Assembly (NCBI GenBank): GCA_017495115.1
Contig: JAFEIJ010000045.1
Location: 18,884 to 82,883 of the forward strand
DNA: 64,000 bases
DNA from: Chitinophagaceae bacterium
Lineage (GTDB): Bacteria; Bacteroidota; Bacteroidia; Chitinophagales; JADJOU01
Direction: 5' to 3'
The translations under genes and the position numbers were made by a program. The number at the start of each line of letters is the position of its first letter. The stretch's first letter is position 1. The notes beneath the pieces were generated by a model. It was not told the DNA's origin, did not search any database, and saw nothing but the letters and a program-made list of their open reading frames with translations. Below, in pieces: positions 38,213 through 48,012 of the stretch.

Positions 38213-38265
38213 AATTCTTAAATTTAATGTTTACAAAAATAGTTATTTTTTTTAAAAAAAATAAT

Positions 38266-39147
38266 TTAAACAATCTGAACGACTTTTTTACGCGCCAAAA
38301 GCGTGTTATAAAGCAACATCGTTACGGTCATTGGCCCAACGCCTCCAGGAACGGGAGTTATAAAACTCGTTTTTGGTGCAACATCTTCAAAGTCCACATC
38401 ACCTTCCAAATGATATCCTTTCGTAGAATCATCTGAAACTCTTGTAATTCCAACGTCTATAACGATAGCGCCTTCTTTTACCATATCAGCTTTTACCATT
38501 TTTGGTTGCCCTATAGCTACGATTAAAATGTCGGCTTCGCGCATATATTTTTCAATATTTTGAGTATGCGAGTTTAAAATCGTTACCGTACAATTTCCAA
38601 TGGATTTATTTTGACCTAGCATAATACCAATTGGTTTACCAACAATATTACTTCGTCCAACAACCACACATCGTTTTCCTGTTGGGTCTATATTGTTTCT
38701 TTGAATTAATTTTAAGATGCCATAAGGTGTTGCGGGCTTGTAGCTTGGCAAACCTAGAGCCATTAAACCAAAATTTTGTGGTGTAAATCCATCCACATCT
38801 TTTTCAGGATTTATAGTTAAAAGTACTTTATTGGCGTCAATATGTTTTGGAAGCGGAAGTTGCACAATAAATCCATCTACCGAATCATCTACATTTAATC
38901 TTTTGATTAATCGAATCAATTCATCTTCAGATGTTGCGTGGTCTTTTTTGATTAATGTAGATTCAAATCCACATTCTCTACAACTTTTGATTTTGTTATT
39001 TACGTATGTTTGGCTTGCACCATCATTTCCAACTAAAACGGCCACTAAATGAGGAGGTCGTTCTCCTTGTTTAATCATTTCGTCCACGTCGTTTCGAATT
39101 TCGGCTTTGATCGTTTTCGAAAGTGCTAAGCCATCTAATAGTTGCAT
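38266..39147 (-). CDS. folD: Bifunctional methylenetetrahydrofolate dehydrogenase/cyclohydrolase
   Basis: ASQTYV..K, DGFIVQLPLP, VVGRSNIVGKP and PVPGGVGPMT are present. Confidence 0.95.
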   Translation of the reverse strand: MQLLDGLALSKTIKAEIRNDVDEMIKQGERPPHLVAVLVGNDGASQTYVNNKIKSCRECGFESTLIKKDHATSEDELIRLIKRLNVDDSVDGFIVQLPLPKHIDANKVLLTINPEKDVDGFTPQNFGLMALGLPSYKPATPYGILKLIQRNNIDPTGKRCVVVGRSNIVGKPIGIMLGQNKSIGNCTVTILNSHTQNIEKYMREADILIVAIGQPKMVKADMVKEGAIVIDVGITRVSDDSTKGYHLEGDVDFEDVAPKTSFITPVPGGVGPMTVTMLLYNTLLARKKVVQIV

Positions 39148-39247
39148 GATTATAAATTTTAAATGTACAAATATAAATCCAATTTTATTATTTCAAGTCA
39201 ATTTATGACAAACGTTATGAATTTATAATTCAATCAATAGTTTAATA

Positions 39248-40960
39248 TCAATCAATAATTTTAATATCCTTAATCATTAAATCCAGCGTCACTTTCCCAT
39301 TATAATGATTTTCTTGTATCGAATAACAAATATCGATAGAATTCCTTTTTATGTCATCGATTTGGTACCAATCGGCTAATCCAAAACAAATTCCATTAAA
39401 GGTCTTTCCCGATTCGTCTTTAAGATGAAATCGAATATGATTTTTACCTACAATTTTTGTACCGCCTGCATCTTTTAAATTTTTTGTAATAAAAACGGGC
39501 TGCATATTATGAGGGCCAAAAGGTGCCATACGATTTAAAATATTAAAGAAAGACATTGTGACTTCGCTAAAATATAATTCGGCATCAATTTCTATTTCAG
39601 GGATGAGCATCTCATTGGTAATTACCTTTGAAGCTTCATTTTCAAAAGTTTTTACAAATTCGTTAAAATTTGCTTTTGGCATCGAAACACCTGCCGCAAA
39701 ATCATGTCCTCCAAATTGATTGACTAGATGTTCGCAACTTTTTATTCCTTGATAAATACTATATCCTTTAATCGAACGCGCCGAACCGGTTAATACACCA
39801 TCTGTTTCCGAAAAAATAATGGTGGGTCTATAAAATTTTTCAACCAATCGACTGGCTACAATCCCAACAACGCCTTTATGCCAGTCTGGATGATGCAAAA
39901 CGATGGTTTTTTTATCTCCAATATTTAAATCTAATGCAATAGATTCAAGCGCTTCGCTTGTCATTAATTCATCGGTAGCGCGCCTTTTATCGTTAACCAA
40001 ATTTAAAGATTCCGCCATTTTTCGTCCAATAGAAGGATCTTCGGAAATCAAAATTTCTACCGAAGCTTTGGCATGAGCCATTCTTCCTGGTGCATTAATT
40101 CTAGGACCTAACGAGAATACAACATCACTAATTGTAATATTTTTTTCTTCTAGATTTGCCCATTCAATTAAAGATTTTAAACCATTATTTGGGTTTTCAT
40201 TTAGTTTTTTTAAACCAAAATAAGCTAAAATACGATTTTCCTCAATAATTGGTACAATATCTGAAGCAATAGAAACCGCCACTAAGTCAAGCAGTTGGAA
40301 TACTTTTTCTTTTGAGCAATCCCAATGCATGCACAAAGCCTGACAGAGTTTAAATCCAACACCGCAACCACTTAACTCTTTGAATGGATACTGGCAATCT
40401 ACTTGTTTTGGGTCTAAAACTGCAACGGCGTCAGGAATCGTTTCGGAAGGCAAGTGATGGTCGCAGATGATAAAATCGACACCTGCGTTTTTGGCATAGG
40501 CTACTTGTTCAACTGCTGTAACGCCACAATCGAGAGCGATAATTAATGAAAACTGATTTTCTGCGGCAAAATCAATGCCTTTTAATGAAACACCATAACC
40601 TTCTAAATAGCGATCTGGAATGTAAAAATCAATATTTAAGTCAAACTCTCTCAGGAAAGAATACATCAAGGCCACTGAAGTCGTTCCATCGACATCGTAA
40701 TCTCCATAAATGAGAATTTTTTCACCTTGAGCTCTGGCAATTTCAATTCGTTCTACAGCCGTTTGCATTCCTTTCATTAAAAAAGGATCATGCAGTTTAT
40801 CTAAAGTAGGATTGAAGAATTCAGATGCGTTTTGGGAGTCTTCAATGCCTCTTTGAACTAAAATTTGACAAATCTTCTGATGTTTTAATTGTAATTCCTG
40901 CTGTAGTTTAATCGTTTTTTCATGGTTGACATTTTTTAAAGTCCATCTTTTACTTATCAT
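39248..40960 (-). CDS. recJ: Single-stranded-DNA-specific exonuclease RecJ
   Basis: The DHH motifs are GDYDVDGTTS, DCG and ICDHH. The DHHA1 motif is GGHDFAAG. Confidence 0.9.
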   Translation of the reverse strand: MISKRWTLKNVNHEKTIKLQQELQLKHQKICQILVQRGIEDSQNASEFFNPTLDKLHDPFLMKGMQTAVERIEIARAQGEKILIYGDYDVDGTTSVALMYSFLREFDLNIDFYIPDRYLEGYGVSLKGIDFAAENQFSLIIALDCGVTAVEQVAYAKNAGVDFIICDHHLPSETIPDAVAVLDPKQVDCQYPFKELSGCGVGFKLCQALCMHWDCSKEKVFQLLDLVAVSIASDIVPIIEENRILAYFGLKKLNENPNNGLKSLIEWANLEEKNITISDVVFSLGPRINAPGRMAHAKASVEILISEDPSIGRKMAESLNLVNDKRRATDELMTSEALESIALDLNIGDKKTIVLHHPDWHKGVVGIVASRLVEKFYRPTIIFSETDGVLTGSARSIKGYSIYQGIKSCEHLVNQFGGHDFAAGVSMPKANFNEFVKTFENEASKVITNEMLIPEIEIDAELYFSEVTMSFFNILNRMAPFGPHNMQPVFITKNLKDAGGTKIVGKNHIRFHLKDESGKTFNGICFGLADWYQIDDIKRNSIDICYSIQENHYNGKVTLDLMIKDIKIID

Positions 40961-42608
40961 TTAATTTAACTATTTTCTTACTCCATTTTTGCCCACTTGC
41001 ATCTTGAATCAAAATTAGATACATTCCATTAACACTTGTGCTCAAATCAATATCATCTGAGCTTTTTATTGATTTTTCAATTATTGTTTTACCCAACAAG
41101 TCTACAATTTTAACTTCAAAACTATTTTGATTTTCTGATAAAAATCTCATTGTTCCGTTGGTGTTCCAATATATTTCAAAAGGCATTTTTTGTCCATTTT
41201 CAATAATTGAATTCGTATTACAACCTAAAAATCCGCTTTTTGATTCCAAATCTTTAACATATTTGATTACTTTACCTGTATTTAACTTGGCACCACTCAC
41301 AATTTTATTTTTTAAAAATGAAAGCGTATCCGAATTTTGGAGTATCATTTGTTTAATTGATAACAAAGACTCTTTTGGATTTGACTTTATTTTTTCTATA
41401 ATGGGTTCGCAAAAATGCGCATACATCAAAGCAATTGTTCCAGAAACTATGGGTGATGCATAACTATTTTGATTGGATGTAATACTTCCAAACTGATTAT
41501 TTCGGATTGTAGAATAACTAGAAGCATAAGTAGCTAAATCAATAGTATTCGGGCCAAAAGATTGAATTATTGCGGTATTACTTTCATTGATAGACGTAAT
41601 TGGTATTAAATAAGGACTCGAGCAATTCGTAGGTAAATCCCCTAATCCTACTTCAATATTTGCGGTGATATTTTCAGAAGCCGATACACTTAGAATTCCG
41701 TAAGTGCCAAGTGAATCATATATTTGGCACCAAATAGGTTCTTCAGATTCAAAACCTATAGTACCTCCAGATAAATTAGAAACAACGATATAGGCACCTT
41801 CCTTTCCATTTGTTTCAAGGTACTTTTTTTTCATCTTTAAAACGTAATTGTACGACTTGATGATATCGTCAATATTCGATTCTGTTCCTACAATTGGCAG
41901 TACTTTAACATGCCCAGCCACTCCGGCTATTCCGATTTGATTATGAGTTACTGCGGCCGCAATTCCTGAAACCGCCGTGCCGTGAACATTGTGATTGCTC
42001 GGCGCTAAATTTCCATTATTTTCTAATGCATTCCAGCCTAAATAGTCATCAATGGCTCCATTATTGTCATTATCTATGCCATCGTTTGGAATTTCATTTT
42101 TATTTATAAAAAAATCTAAATCAATATGAGAACTATCAAAAGATCTATCAATAACCGCAATGACAATCGTGTCGCCTTTTTTTGTTGTTCGAGAAAAGCC
42201 GTAATCCCAAGCATTTTTAGCACCTATTCCTAAAAAAGTGCCGTTAGGTAGTGGTTTGTAATCCAAATATATTTGCTGAAAAGCCTGTGGGTCGTTTGGT
42301 TCAAAAGCTCTGGTTTTAATCGTTTTTTGAACATGTTTTTGTGTTAAAACAATATTTGGATTTTTCTTTAATATATTTAAAATGCGGGAGGAATCTTCAG
42401 CCGCAATTTTAAAGGAATAAATATTCAATTCTGAGGCAATACAATTAAATTCAATAATTGCAGTAGGTAAGAGATTTTGAATGAAAGTATCATTTACCTT
42501 TTTGTTAGTTTGTATCAATATTTTAAAATCATTTGAATTCGTTGCCAACAAAAACTGACAAAAAGTCCAAAAAAACAAAATAAAAATAGGTTTTTGATGC
42601 GATTTCAT
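40950..42608 (-). CDS. Secreted S8 subtilisin-family peptidase with T9SS C-terminal sorting domain
   Basis: The triad contexts are AVIDRSFD, HGTAVSG and NSYASPIVSG. The C-terminal pattern is VKIVDLLGKTI...NGMYLILIQD...KIVK. Confidence 0.8.
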   Translation of the reverse strand: MKSHQKPIFILFFWTFCQFLLATNSNDFKILIQTNKKVNDTFIQNLLPTAIIEFNCIASELNIYSFKIAAEDSSRILNILKKNPNIVLTQKHVQKTIKTRAFEPNDPQAFQQIYLDYKPLPNGTFLGIGAKNAWDYGFSRTTKKGDTIVIAVIDRSFDSSHIDLDFFINKNEIPNDGIDNDNNGAIDDYLGWNALENNGNLAPSNHNVHGTAVSGIAAAVTHNQIGIAGVAGHVKVLPIVGTESNIDDIIKSYNYVLKMKKKYLETNGKEGAYIVVSNLSGGTIGFESEEPIWCQIYDSLGTYGILSVSASENITANIEVGLGDLPTNCSSPYLIPITSINESNTAIIQSFGPNTIDLATYASSYSTIRNNQFGSITSNQNSYASPIVSGTIALMYAHFCEPIIEKIKSNPKESLLSIKQMILQNSDTLSFLKNKIVSGAKLNTGKVIKYVKDLESKSGFLGCNTNSIIENGQKMPFEIYWNTNGTMRFLSENQNSFEVKIVDLLGKTIIEKSIKSSDDIDLSTSVNGMYLILIQDASGQKWSKKIVKLNDK

Positions 42609-42712
42609 ATTGCAAAGGTAAGATTATTGATTTTATTAAATGTATTTCTTTTAAAATTTTTATTATTTTTAATCAATTTGCTTTTTTTTTATTTATTTTG
42701 TTCTACATAATT

Positions 42713-42720
42713 TATCTTTG
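42713..42720 (+). promoter_or_regulatory. -7 promoter box (TAnnTTTG) upstream of porP/sprF-family gene
   Basis: TATCTTTG lies 28 nt before the TTG start. Confidence 0.45.
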
Positions 42721-42747
42721 TGCGGTATGTAAAACAAATCAATTACT

Positions 42748-43743
42748 TTGAAAGGATTTCATTTTTTTCTTTTTTTAATTTTAAGCAAGATTATTTTTGC
42801 TCAAGATATTCATTTTAGTCATTTTTGGGATGCGATGCAGTTTCAAAATCCATCTAATATTGGCAATTTTGATGGAACGCACCGTTTTACGGCTATTTAT
42901 CGTAATCAATGGAATCAATTTGGAACACCGCTTCAAACCAGTTATGCTGATTGGGCATTTAAAAAAACATATGAAAATCAAGATTACATTTCGGGAGGCA
43001 TTTATGTTTTACAAGATAAATTCGACCTTTTGTTTTACCGACAATATCGAGCTATGGCTACGTTTGCCTACAATAAATTTTTATCAGAAAAAATAAATAT
43101 TGCTGCGGGTGCGCAGTTTGGTTTTAAAAATACGTCGATTAATTACGATCGGCTTTCCTTTGACAGGCAGTGGGATCCGAGCACTGGAGGCTTTGAGCCA
43201 TGGAATCCATCATTCGAAAATTATATCAATGAAAATACCGTTCGCCCTTTACTCAATTTAGGGGTTAGCGCCAATTTTATGATGGGTAATGTTTTAAATA
43301 CCTTAGATGTATCTTTAAATCATGTCAATCAGCCAAAAGATATTTACAATGCGTCCAATTCAAATATTCCAATTAAGTACTCGATCAATTATCATGGATA
43401 TAAACCATTAAGCGAAGATTGGATGCTGATGCCAAAAGTTAGTTTTTTATATACTCAAAATGCCAATGCTTTTTTAACTGGTTTTTTATTAAAGACAAAA
43501 TTAAATCATTTTAATGAATTGTATGGAGGCGCAATGTATCGCTGGGGCGTGGACCGAAATAGTGATGCCATAGTGCCTGTTTTTGGTGTTAAATTAAATC
43601 AGTTCAAGCTCGCTTTATCTATTGACGTAACCACTTCAGGTTTAAATCAAGAGTCCCAAAAAGGTTCTTTAGAGTGTACTTTAGTTTATATTTTAAAACC
43701 GGCACAGTTAAGGTACTTCTCTGTGGATTGTATGCGGTTGTGA
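42748..43743 (+). CDS. PorP/SprF-family type IX secretion system membrane protein
   Basis: Signal peptide followed by QDIHFSHFWDAMQFQNPSNIG, the family-typical N-terminus. The rest is a beta-barrel-like sequence of ~330 aa. Confidence 0.8.
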   Translation: MKGFHFFLFLILSKIIFAQDIHFSHFWDAMQFQNPSNIGNFDGTHRFTAIYRNQWNQFGTPLQTSYADWAFKKTYENQDYISGGIYVLQDKFDLLFYRQYRAMATFAYNKFLSEKINIAAGAQFGFKNTSINYDRLSFDRQWDPSTGGFEPWNPSFENYINENTVRPLLNLGVSANFMMGNVLNTLDVSLNHVNQPKDIYNASNSNIPIKYSINYHGYKPLSEDWMLMPKVSFLYTQNANAFLTGFLLKTKLNHFNELYGGAMYRWGVDRNSDAIVPVFGVKLNQFKLALSIDVTTSGLNQESQKGSLECTLVYILKPAQLRYFSVDCMRL

Positions 43744-43828
43744 TTCGAGAGTTTTTTTAATTTTTCAAAAAGAAACTTAAACTCTTTCTTTTATGTTAAA
43801 TGGTTAAATTATTTATTTTTACCATTTT

Positions 43829-44191
43829 ATGCCATTATTATTTGAAAATAAAAATCAAGAAGAGTTACAACTTCTCAAAGAATGGGCTAAAGTAAGGGCT
43901 TATATGGAAACGCATTTTGGGAAAAAGCCTGATATTCAAGGATTTCTTTATTTGATTGGTGTTAATGAGCTTGGTTTTGTTCGTGAATTTGAAAAAGAAG
44001 AAAAACAGGATTTGATTCATATTGGGTTATGTAAAGTTTTAGAAGGCGAATTTTATGATTTTACCCATACCGATTCAGACGGATGGCCGCATTATACTTG
44101 TATAAAGCCTGTTCCCGAAATGTTTATAAAAATGCAAGAACAAACCTTAAAGTCAAAAATTGTAAACTATTTTAATCAGTATATCTTTTAA
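43829..44191 (+). CDS. Hypothetical cytoplasmic protein (120 aa)
   Basis: ORF with good context, 8 nt upstream of the next gene. No recognised motifs. Confidence 0.5.
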   Translation: MPLLFENKNQEELQLLKEWAKVRAYMETHFGKKPDIQGFLYLIGVNELGFVREFEKEEKQDLIHIGLCKVLEGEFYDFTHTDSDGWPHYTCIKPVPEMFIKMQEQTLKSKIVNYFNQYIF

Positions 44192-44199
44192 TATCCAAC

Positions 44200-45438
44200 A
44201 TGAATCGTTTAATTACAATATCGATATTTTTTATTCTTTATTTCTTATTGGAATGGTATGGATATCAATCGATTAAAACGGTTTTTAAAACTTCGAAATA
44301 CAAAGAAATTGCGACTTATGTCTATTTTGGCATTACGATTTTTTTTCTTTTCCTAATTATTTTTTCGATTTATTCAAGAATAAATAGTGTAACCATTCCA
44401 TTTCAAAATTATCTTTCAGCCATTTTGTTAGGCATTTTAATTGGGAAATTACTTTTATGTATTTTTCTTGGTATTGAGGATCTCGCTAGAGTAATGCGCT
44501 ATGGATTTTCAAAGTACAGTTATTCTCAAACTTCTCCAATTCAAAATATCGACCGAAGTCAGTTTTTAAATAGTCTTTTTTTGATTTTCACATCGTTGCC
44601 TTTAGCTGCTTTTTGTTATGGCGTTTTTAAGACGGCTTATGATTATAAAATTCATCGAAAAAAAATATTTTTTGACAAATTGCCCAAGGCGTTTGATGGG
44701 CTTAGGATTGTTCAAATTTCAGATGTTCACGCGGGCAGTTTAAATGATTATAAAGCATTGAAGAGTGCTGTAGAAAAAATAAATGAACTTGAAGCCGACT
44801 TGTTTTTTTTCACTGGAGATTTGGTTAATAATATTGCAAGTGAATTTACCGAAAAAATAGAGATTTTTAAGAATATAAAAGCCAAAATTGGAAAATTTTC
44901 CATTCTGGGAAATCATGATTATGGTGATTATTATATGTGGAACAGTTCTGATGAAAAAGTTGCAAATTTAGATTTGTTAAAGTCGTATCATAAACAAATT
45001 GATTGGAAACTTTTACTGAACGAACACGTTTCAATTACTAAAAATGAATCTAAAATTGAAATTATTGGCGTTGAAAATTGGAGCGGAAAATTGCGTTTTA
45101 AGCAATATGGTGATTTGAAAATAGCATATGAAGGATTAGAAAAAGAGGCTTTTAAGATTTTATTATCACATGATCCAAGCCATTGGGATATAGAAGTAGC
45201 CGAAACGTATAATGACATAGATTTAACTTTAAGTGGTCATACGCATGGCATGCAGTTTGGTGTCGAAACAAAATGGTTCCGTTTTAGCCCTGTTCAGTTT
45301 GTTTATAAACATTGGGCTGGATTATACCAAAAAGGTAAGCAATATTTATATGTCAATCGAGGGTTTGGATTTATTGGTTATCAAGGTCGTGTTGGAATTC
45401 GCCCCGAAATCACATTGATCGAACTTTATAGTAAATAA
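44200..45438 (+). CDS. Membrane-anchored metallophosphoesterase
   Basis: Four or five N-terminal TM helices precede the calcineurin-like motifs QISDVHAG, TGDLVN, GNHD and SGHTHG. Confidence 0.85.
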   Translation: MNRLITISIFFILYFLLEWYGYQSIKTVFKTSKYKEIATYVYFGITIFFLFLIIFSIYSRINSVTIPFQNYLSAILLGILIGKLLLCIFLGIEDLARVMRYGFSKYSYSQTSPIQNIDRSQFLNSLFLIFTSLPLAAFCYGVFKTAYDYKIHRKKIFFDKLPKAFDGLRIVQISDVHAGSLNDYKALKSAVEKINELEADLFFFTGDLVNNIASEFTEKIEIFKNIKAKIGKFSILGNHDYGDYYMWNSSDEKVANLDLLKSYHKQIDWKLLLNEHVSITKNESKIEIIGVENWSGKLRFKQYGDLKIAYEGLEKEAFKILLSHDPSHWDIEVAETYNDIDLTLSGHTHGMQFGVETKWFRFSPVQFVYKHWAGLYQKGKQYLYVNRGFGFIGYQGRVGIRPEITLIELYSK

Positions 45439-45483
45439 AACCGAAAGGAAATATAAAATAGGTTTATTTAATTAATTCTTTTG

Positions 45484-45491
45484 TATTTTTG
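45484..45491 (+). promoter_or_regulatory. -7 promoter box (TAnnTTTG) upstream of tatA
   Basis: TATTTTTG lies 24 nt before the ATG. Confidence 0.4.
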
Positions 45492-45514
45492 CCAAATCAT
45501 TAAATGAATCAGTT

Positions 45515-45721
45515 ATGTATTTAATAGGATTGCCATCAGGTGGCGAATGGATAATTATACTTTTTGCTATACTACTACTTTTTGGAGGTAAAAAAATTCC
45601 TGAATTAATGCGTGGTGTAGGTAAAGGAATTCGCGAGTTTAATAGCGCTAAAGCGTCTATTTCCGATGAGATTGAAAAAGGAATAAAAGAAGACGAAAAA
45701 GAAAAAGAATACAAAAACTAG
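45515..45721 (+). CDS. tatA: Twin-arginine translocase subunit TatA/E
   Basis: 68 aa with a single TM helix, then FGGKKIPELMRGVGKGIREFNSAK and an acidic tail. Confidence 0.85.
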   Translation: MYLIGLPSGGEWIIILFAILLLFGGKKIPELMRGVGKGIREFNSAKASISDEIEKGIKEDEKEKEYKN

Positions 45722-45729
45722 GATTAATT

Positions 45730-46038
45730 TTGTTAGAAATCATTTATAGTGTTACGGTAAAACCCAATCAAAATATCGAAAAAGATTTTTTGGATTGGTT
45801 GAAAAATGAGCATATTCAGGATGTCGTTGATACTAAATGTTTTGATTCTTCTAGGTTTTATAAACTTTTGGATCAAAACGAACAAGACGGAAGTTCATAT
45901 AACATTCAATATGTTACGACGAGTATGGAACGCTATTTTGATTATATTCATAATTTTTCAAATGAAGTGCGTCAGAAAGGTTTAGAGAAATTTGGAGATC
46001 AATTTGTAGCATTTCGTACGGTTTTAAAATCGGTATAA
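45730..46038 (+). CDS. DUF4286-like small conserved protein
   Basis: 102 aa. The pattern IYSVTVK...WL..EHI..V......YKLL......GSSY..QY.....Y..Y......VRQKGLEKFGDQFVAFRTVL resembles DUF4286 as I recall it. Confidence 0.55.
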   Translation: MLEIIYSVTVKPNQNIEKDFLDWLKNEHIQDVVDTKCFDSSRFYKLLDQNEQDGSSYNIQYVTTSMERYFDYIHNFSNEVRQKGLEKFGDQFVAFRTVLKSV

Positions 46039-46051
46039 ATAAATCATAGAA

Positions 46052-46070
46052 CTGTAAACTTCGTTTACAG
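46052..46070 (+). terminator. Hairpin between DUF4286-like gene and tRNA-Ser (possible terminator, no U-tract)
   Basis: Perfect 8-bp stem CTGTAAAC/GTTTACAG with a 3-nt loop. The following sequence is A/T-rich but has no T-run. Confidence 0.35.
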
Positions 46071-46084
46071 TAAATAATAACCTT

Positions 46085-46172
46085 GGAAAGTTGCAGGAGT
46101 GGTTGAACTGGCTCGCCTGGAAAGCGTGTAAACCTCAAAAGGGTTTCAAGGGTTCGAATCCCTTACTTTCCG
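46085..46172 (+). tRNA. tRNA-Ser (anticodon GGA), class II
   Basis: The acceptor is GGAAAGT/ACTTTCC and the anticodon loop is CTGGAAA. The long variable arm is AAACC-TCAAAA-GGGTTT, the T-arm is AAGGG-TTCGAAT-CCCTT, and the discriminator is G. The anticodon stem has one U-U mismatch. Confidence 0.8.
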
Positions 46173-46174
46173 CT

Positions 46175-46561
46175 TTATTTTATAAACATTTTGATCATGG
46201 GCATTAGATGCTGATAGTCTAATTGGGTAAGAACTCCTTCCAGATCATTTGTTAAGTTTTGTTCTTTTCGTTCTTTTCTGAGCATTATATGCATTTTTTG
46301 AACAAACTCTTGATTTGCTTTAATATATTCTTTTAAGGCATTTTCAAGACTCAAAAAAACTTCATGTTTCATATCAATTGGTTGCGTGAGAAATAATACA
46401 AATGTATTTAATTTCCCCTTAAAAAAATAACTTTTAGCGACTTCTTTAATGGATTTTACACACAAGTTTAAATGGTCTGAATTTTGATATTCATGGATTT
46501 CATATAAAGCTAATTCTATATTTTTATCCAATCGTTTCATCAATATTAATTTATTATTCAA
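46175..46561 (-). CDS. Hypothetical helical protein (128 aa)
   Basis: Last ORF of the clpP-like operon, overlapping the upstream gene by 8 nt. No recognised family. Confidence 0.45.
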   Translation of the reverse strand: MNNKLILMKRLDKNIELALYEIHEYQNSDHLNLCVKSIKEVAKSYFFKGKLNTFVLFLTQPIDMKHEVFLSLENALKEYIKANQEFVQKMHIMLRKERKEQNLTNDLEGVLTQLDYQHLMPMIKMFIK

Positions 46562-47036
46562 TAGTCGTTTTTAGCGTGTAAGGAACTACGAAACTTGAAT
46601 CCGTTATTGAACTTAAAGGTTTGATTTCAACTTTGTAAGTTGTTGATTTTTTAGGTTTTTCGGAAAATGAAGGTGCGCTTGAAATTAAAAAAAAATCTTG
46701 AAAATCCATAGTTTTATTAACATCTACAAATTTGGTTACTTTAGTTTTTCTATAGGTATTCATTTCAAAGCCATCGTTTGGTAGCTCCAACATAACGGAG
46801 AATAATTTCCCGCTATCACAAGTGAATTCGATATTTTTTACATTCCCAAAACTAAGCGTTCCTTTGTAAATTTTTTCGTTTGGATTAGAGGCTTGCATGA
46901 GCGCTTCTACTTCTTCCACACTTAATGAAGGAGCAAGTTCTACAATATTTTCCAGAGGTTTTTCGGAAGTCTTTTTCTCTGAATTACAACCCATTAAAAC
47001 AAAAAAAACAAGAATAGTTAAAAGTTGATTTTTCAT
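46554..47036 (-). CDS. Hypothetical lipoprotein (160 aa)
   Basis: Signal peptide with lipobox (VLMGC). No recognised family. Confidence 0.5.
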   Translation of the reverse strand: MKNQLLTILVFFVLMGCNSEKKTSEKPLENIVELAPSLSVEEVEALMQASNPNEKIYKGTLSFGNVKNIEFTCDSGKLFSVMLELPNDGFEMNTYRKTKVTKFVDVNKTMDFQDFFLISSAPSFSEKPKKSTTYKVEIKPLSSITDSSFVVPYTLKTTIE

Positions 47037-47073
47037 GAGATTTGTTTTAAATTGAATTGTGAAATATTAAAAA

Positions 47074-47610
47074 TTAGGAAACTAAAGTATATATTTCTTT
47101 TAAGTTGCGCCCATATCCATCATAATCTAAGCCATAACCTACTATAAATTGCTCTGGAATTTCAAAGCCAATATAATCAACATTGTATGAGCATTTAAAT
47201 GATGCAGGTTTATATAATAAGGATGCAATTTTAACAGAAGCAGGCTTATATTTTTCTAAAATTTCTAAAAGCTGTTCGAGGGTTTTACCCGTATCAACGA
47301 TATCTTCAAGAATAACGATATGTTGATCTTTTAAATCCATTTGAAGTCCGATTTGCTCTATCACTTTACCTGTAGAAGCAGTACCTTCATAAGATTTAAG
47401 TTTGATAAATTCCACTTGACAAGGTGCATTGAAATTCTTAATAAAATCAGCAACAAAGATAAATGAGCCATTTAAAACGGCCAAAAAAATCGGATTTTTA
47501 GTTTTATAATCTTTCTCAACCATTTTGGACATGTCAAAAACGCGGCTAATAATTTCTTTATCTGAAATAAAAGGTTTGAAAGTTTTGTCTAAAATTTTAA
47601 TTTGATTCAT
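47074..47610 (-). CDS. hpt: Hypoxanthine phosphoribosyltransferase
   Basis: The PRPP motif is VILEDIVDTGKT and the C-terminal motif is FIVGYGLDY. The 178-aa length fits. Confidence 0.9.
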   Translation of the reverse strand: MNQIKILDKTFKPFISDKEIISRVFDMSKMVEKDYKTKNPIFLAVLNGSFIFVADFIKNFNAPCQVEFIKLKSYEGTASTGKVIEQIGLQMDLKDQHIVILEDIVDTGKTLEQLLEILEKYKPASVKIASLLYKPASFKCSYNVDYIGFEIPEQFIVGYGLDYDGYGRNLKEIYTLVS

Positions 47611-47626
47611 AATTAAACGTATATAA

Positions 47627-48007
47627 CTAACTAATTGGATTTAAGGATATCGAATAAATTTTATAACTATTTAAATCTCTTTCGTAATAAAACTTATCTA
47701 AAACACCGTAGATGTTTTTTGATCTAAAATAAGAGGTGTTTAAGGTTTTATCTCCTATTTTTAACCATTGAATGGTATAGCTATCTTCAGTTTGGTGGTA
47801 TTTTAAAATGTAGTCAAGCATTTTTTCTAAAGCTTCATTTTTATCAATAGCTTTAACGGAATGAAAAAGAAAAGATTGTTTATGATTTGGATTTATGGTA
47901 ATTAAATCTAAACATACAATAGACTCATTTTGCTTATAATTAAAGATAAGCTGGCTTACTGGTAGTTCTAAAATCTGAGCAATTTTCTTTTCGATTTCTT
48001 GATCCAT
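47627..48007 (-). CDS. Hypothetical protein (126 aa)
   Basis: ORF beginning 5 nt after the clpP-like stop. No recognised family. Confidence 0.5.
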   Translation of the reverse strand: MDQEIEKKIAQILELPVSQLIFNYKQNESIVCLDLITINPNHKQSFLFHSVKAIDKNEALEKMLDYILKYHQTEDSYTIQWLKIGDKTLNTSYFRSKNIYGVLDKFYYERDLNSYKIYSISLNPIS

Positions 48008-48012
48008 TTGGG

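Noticed and set aside
37203-38265. PyrR-binding anti-antiterminator hairpin (ARUCCAGAGAGGYU-type) expected near pyrR-pyrB.
   Set aside because: The pyrR-pyrB gap is 3 nt and pyrR overlaps the upstream membrane-protein gene. No CCAGAGAGG-like motif occurs in the 53-bp region upstream of that gene. PyrR-mediated attenuation at this locus is therefore not supported.
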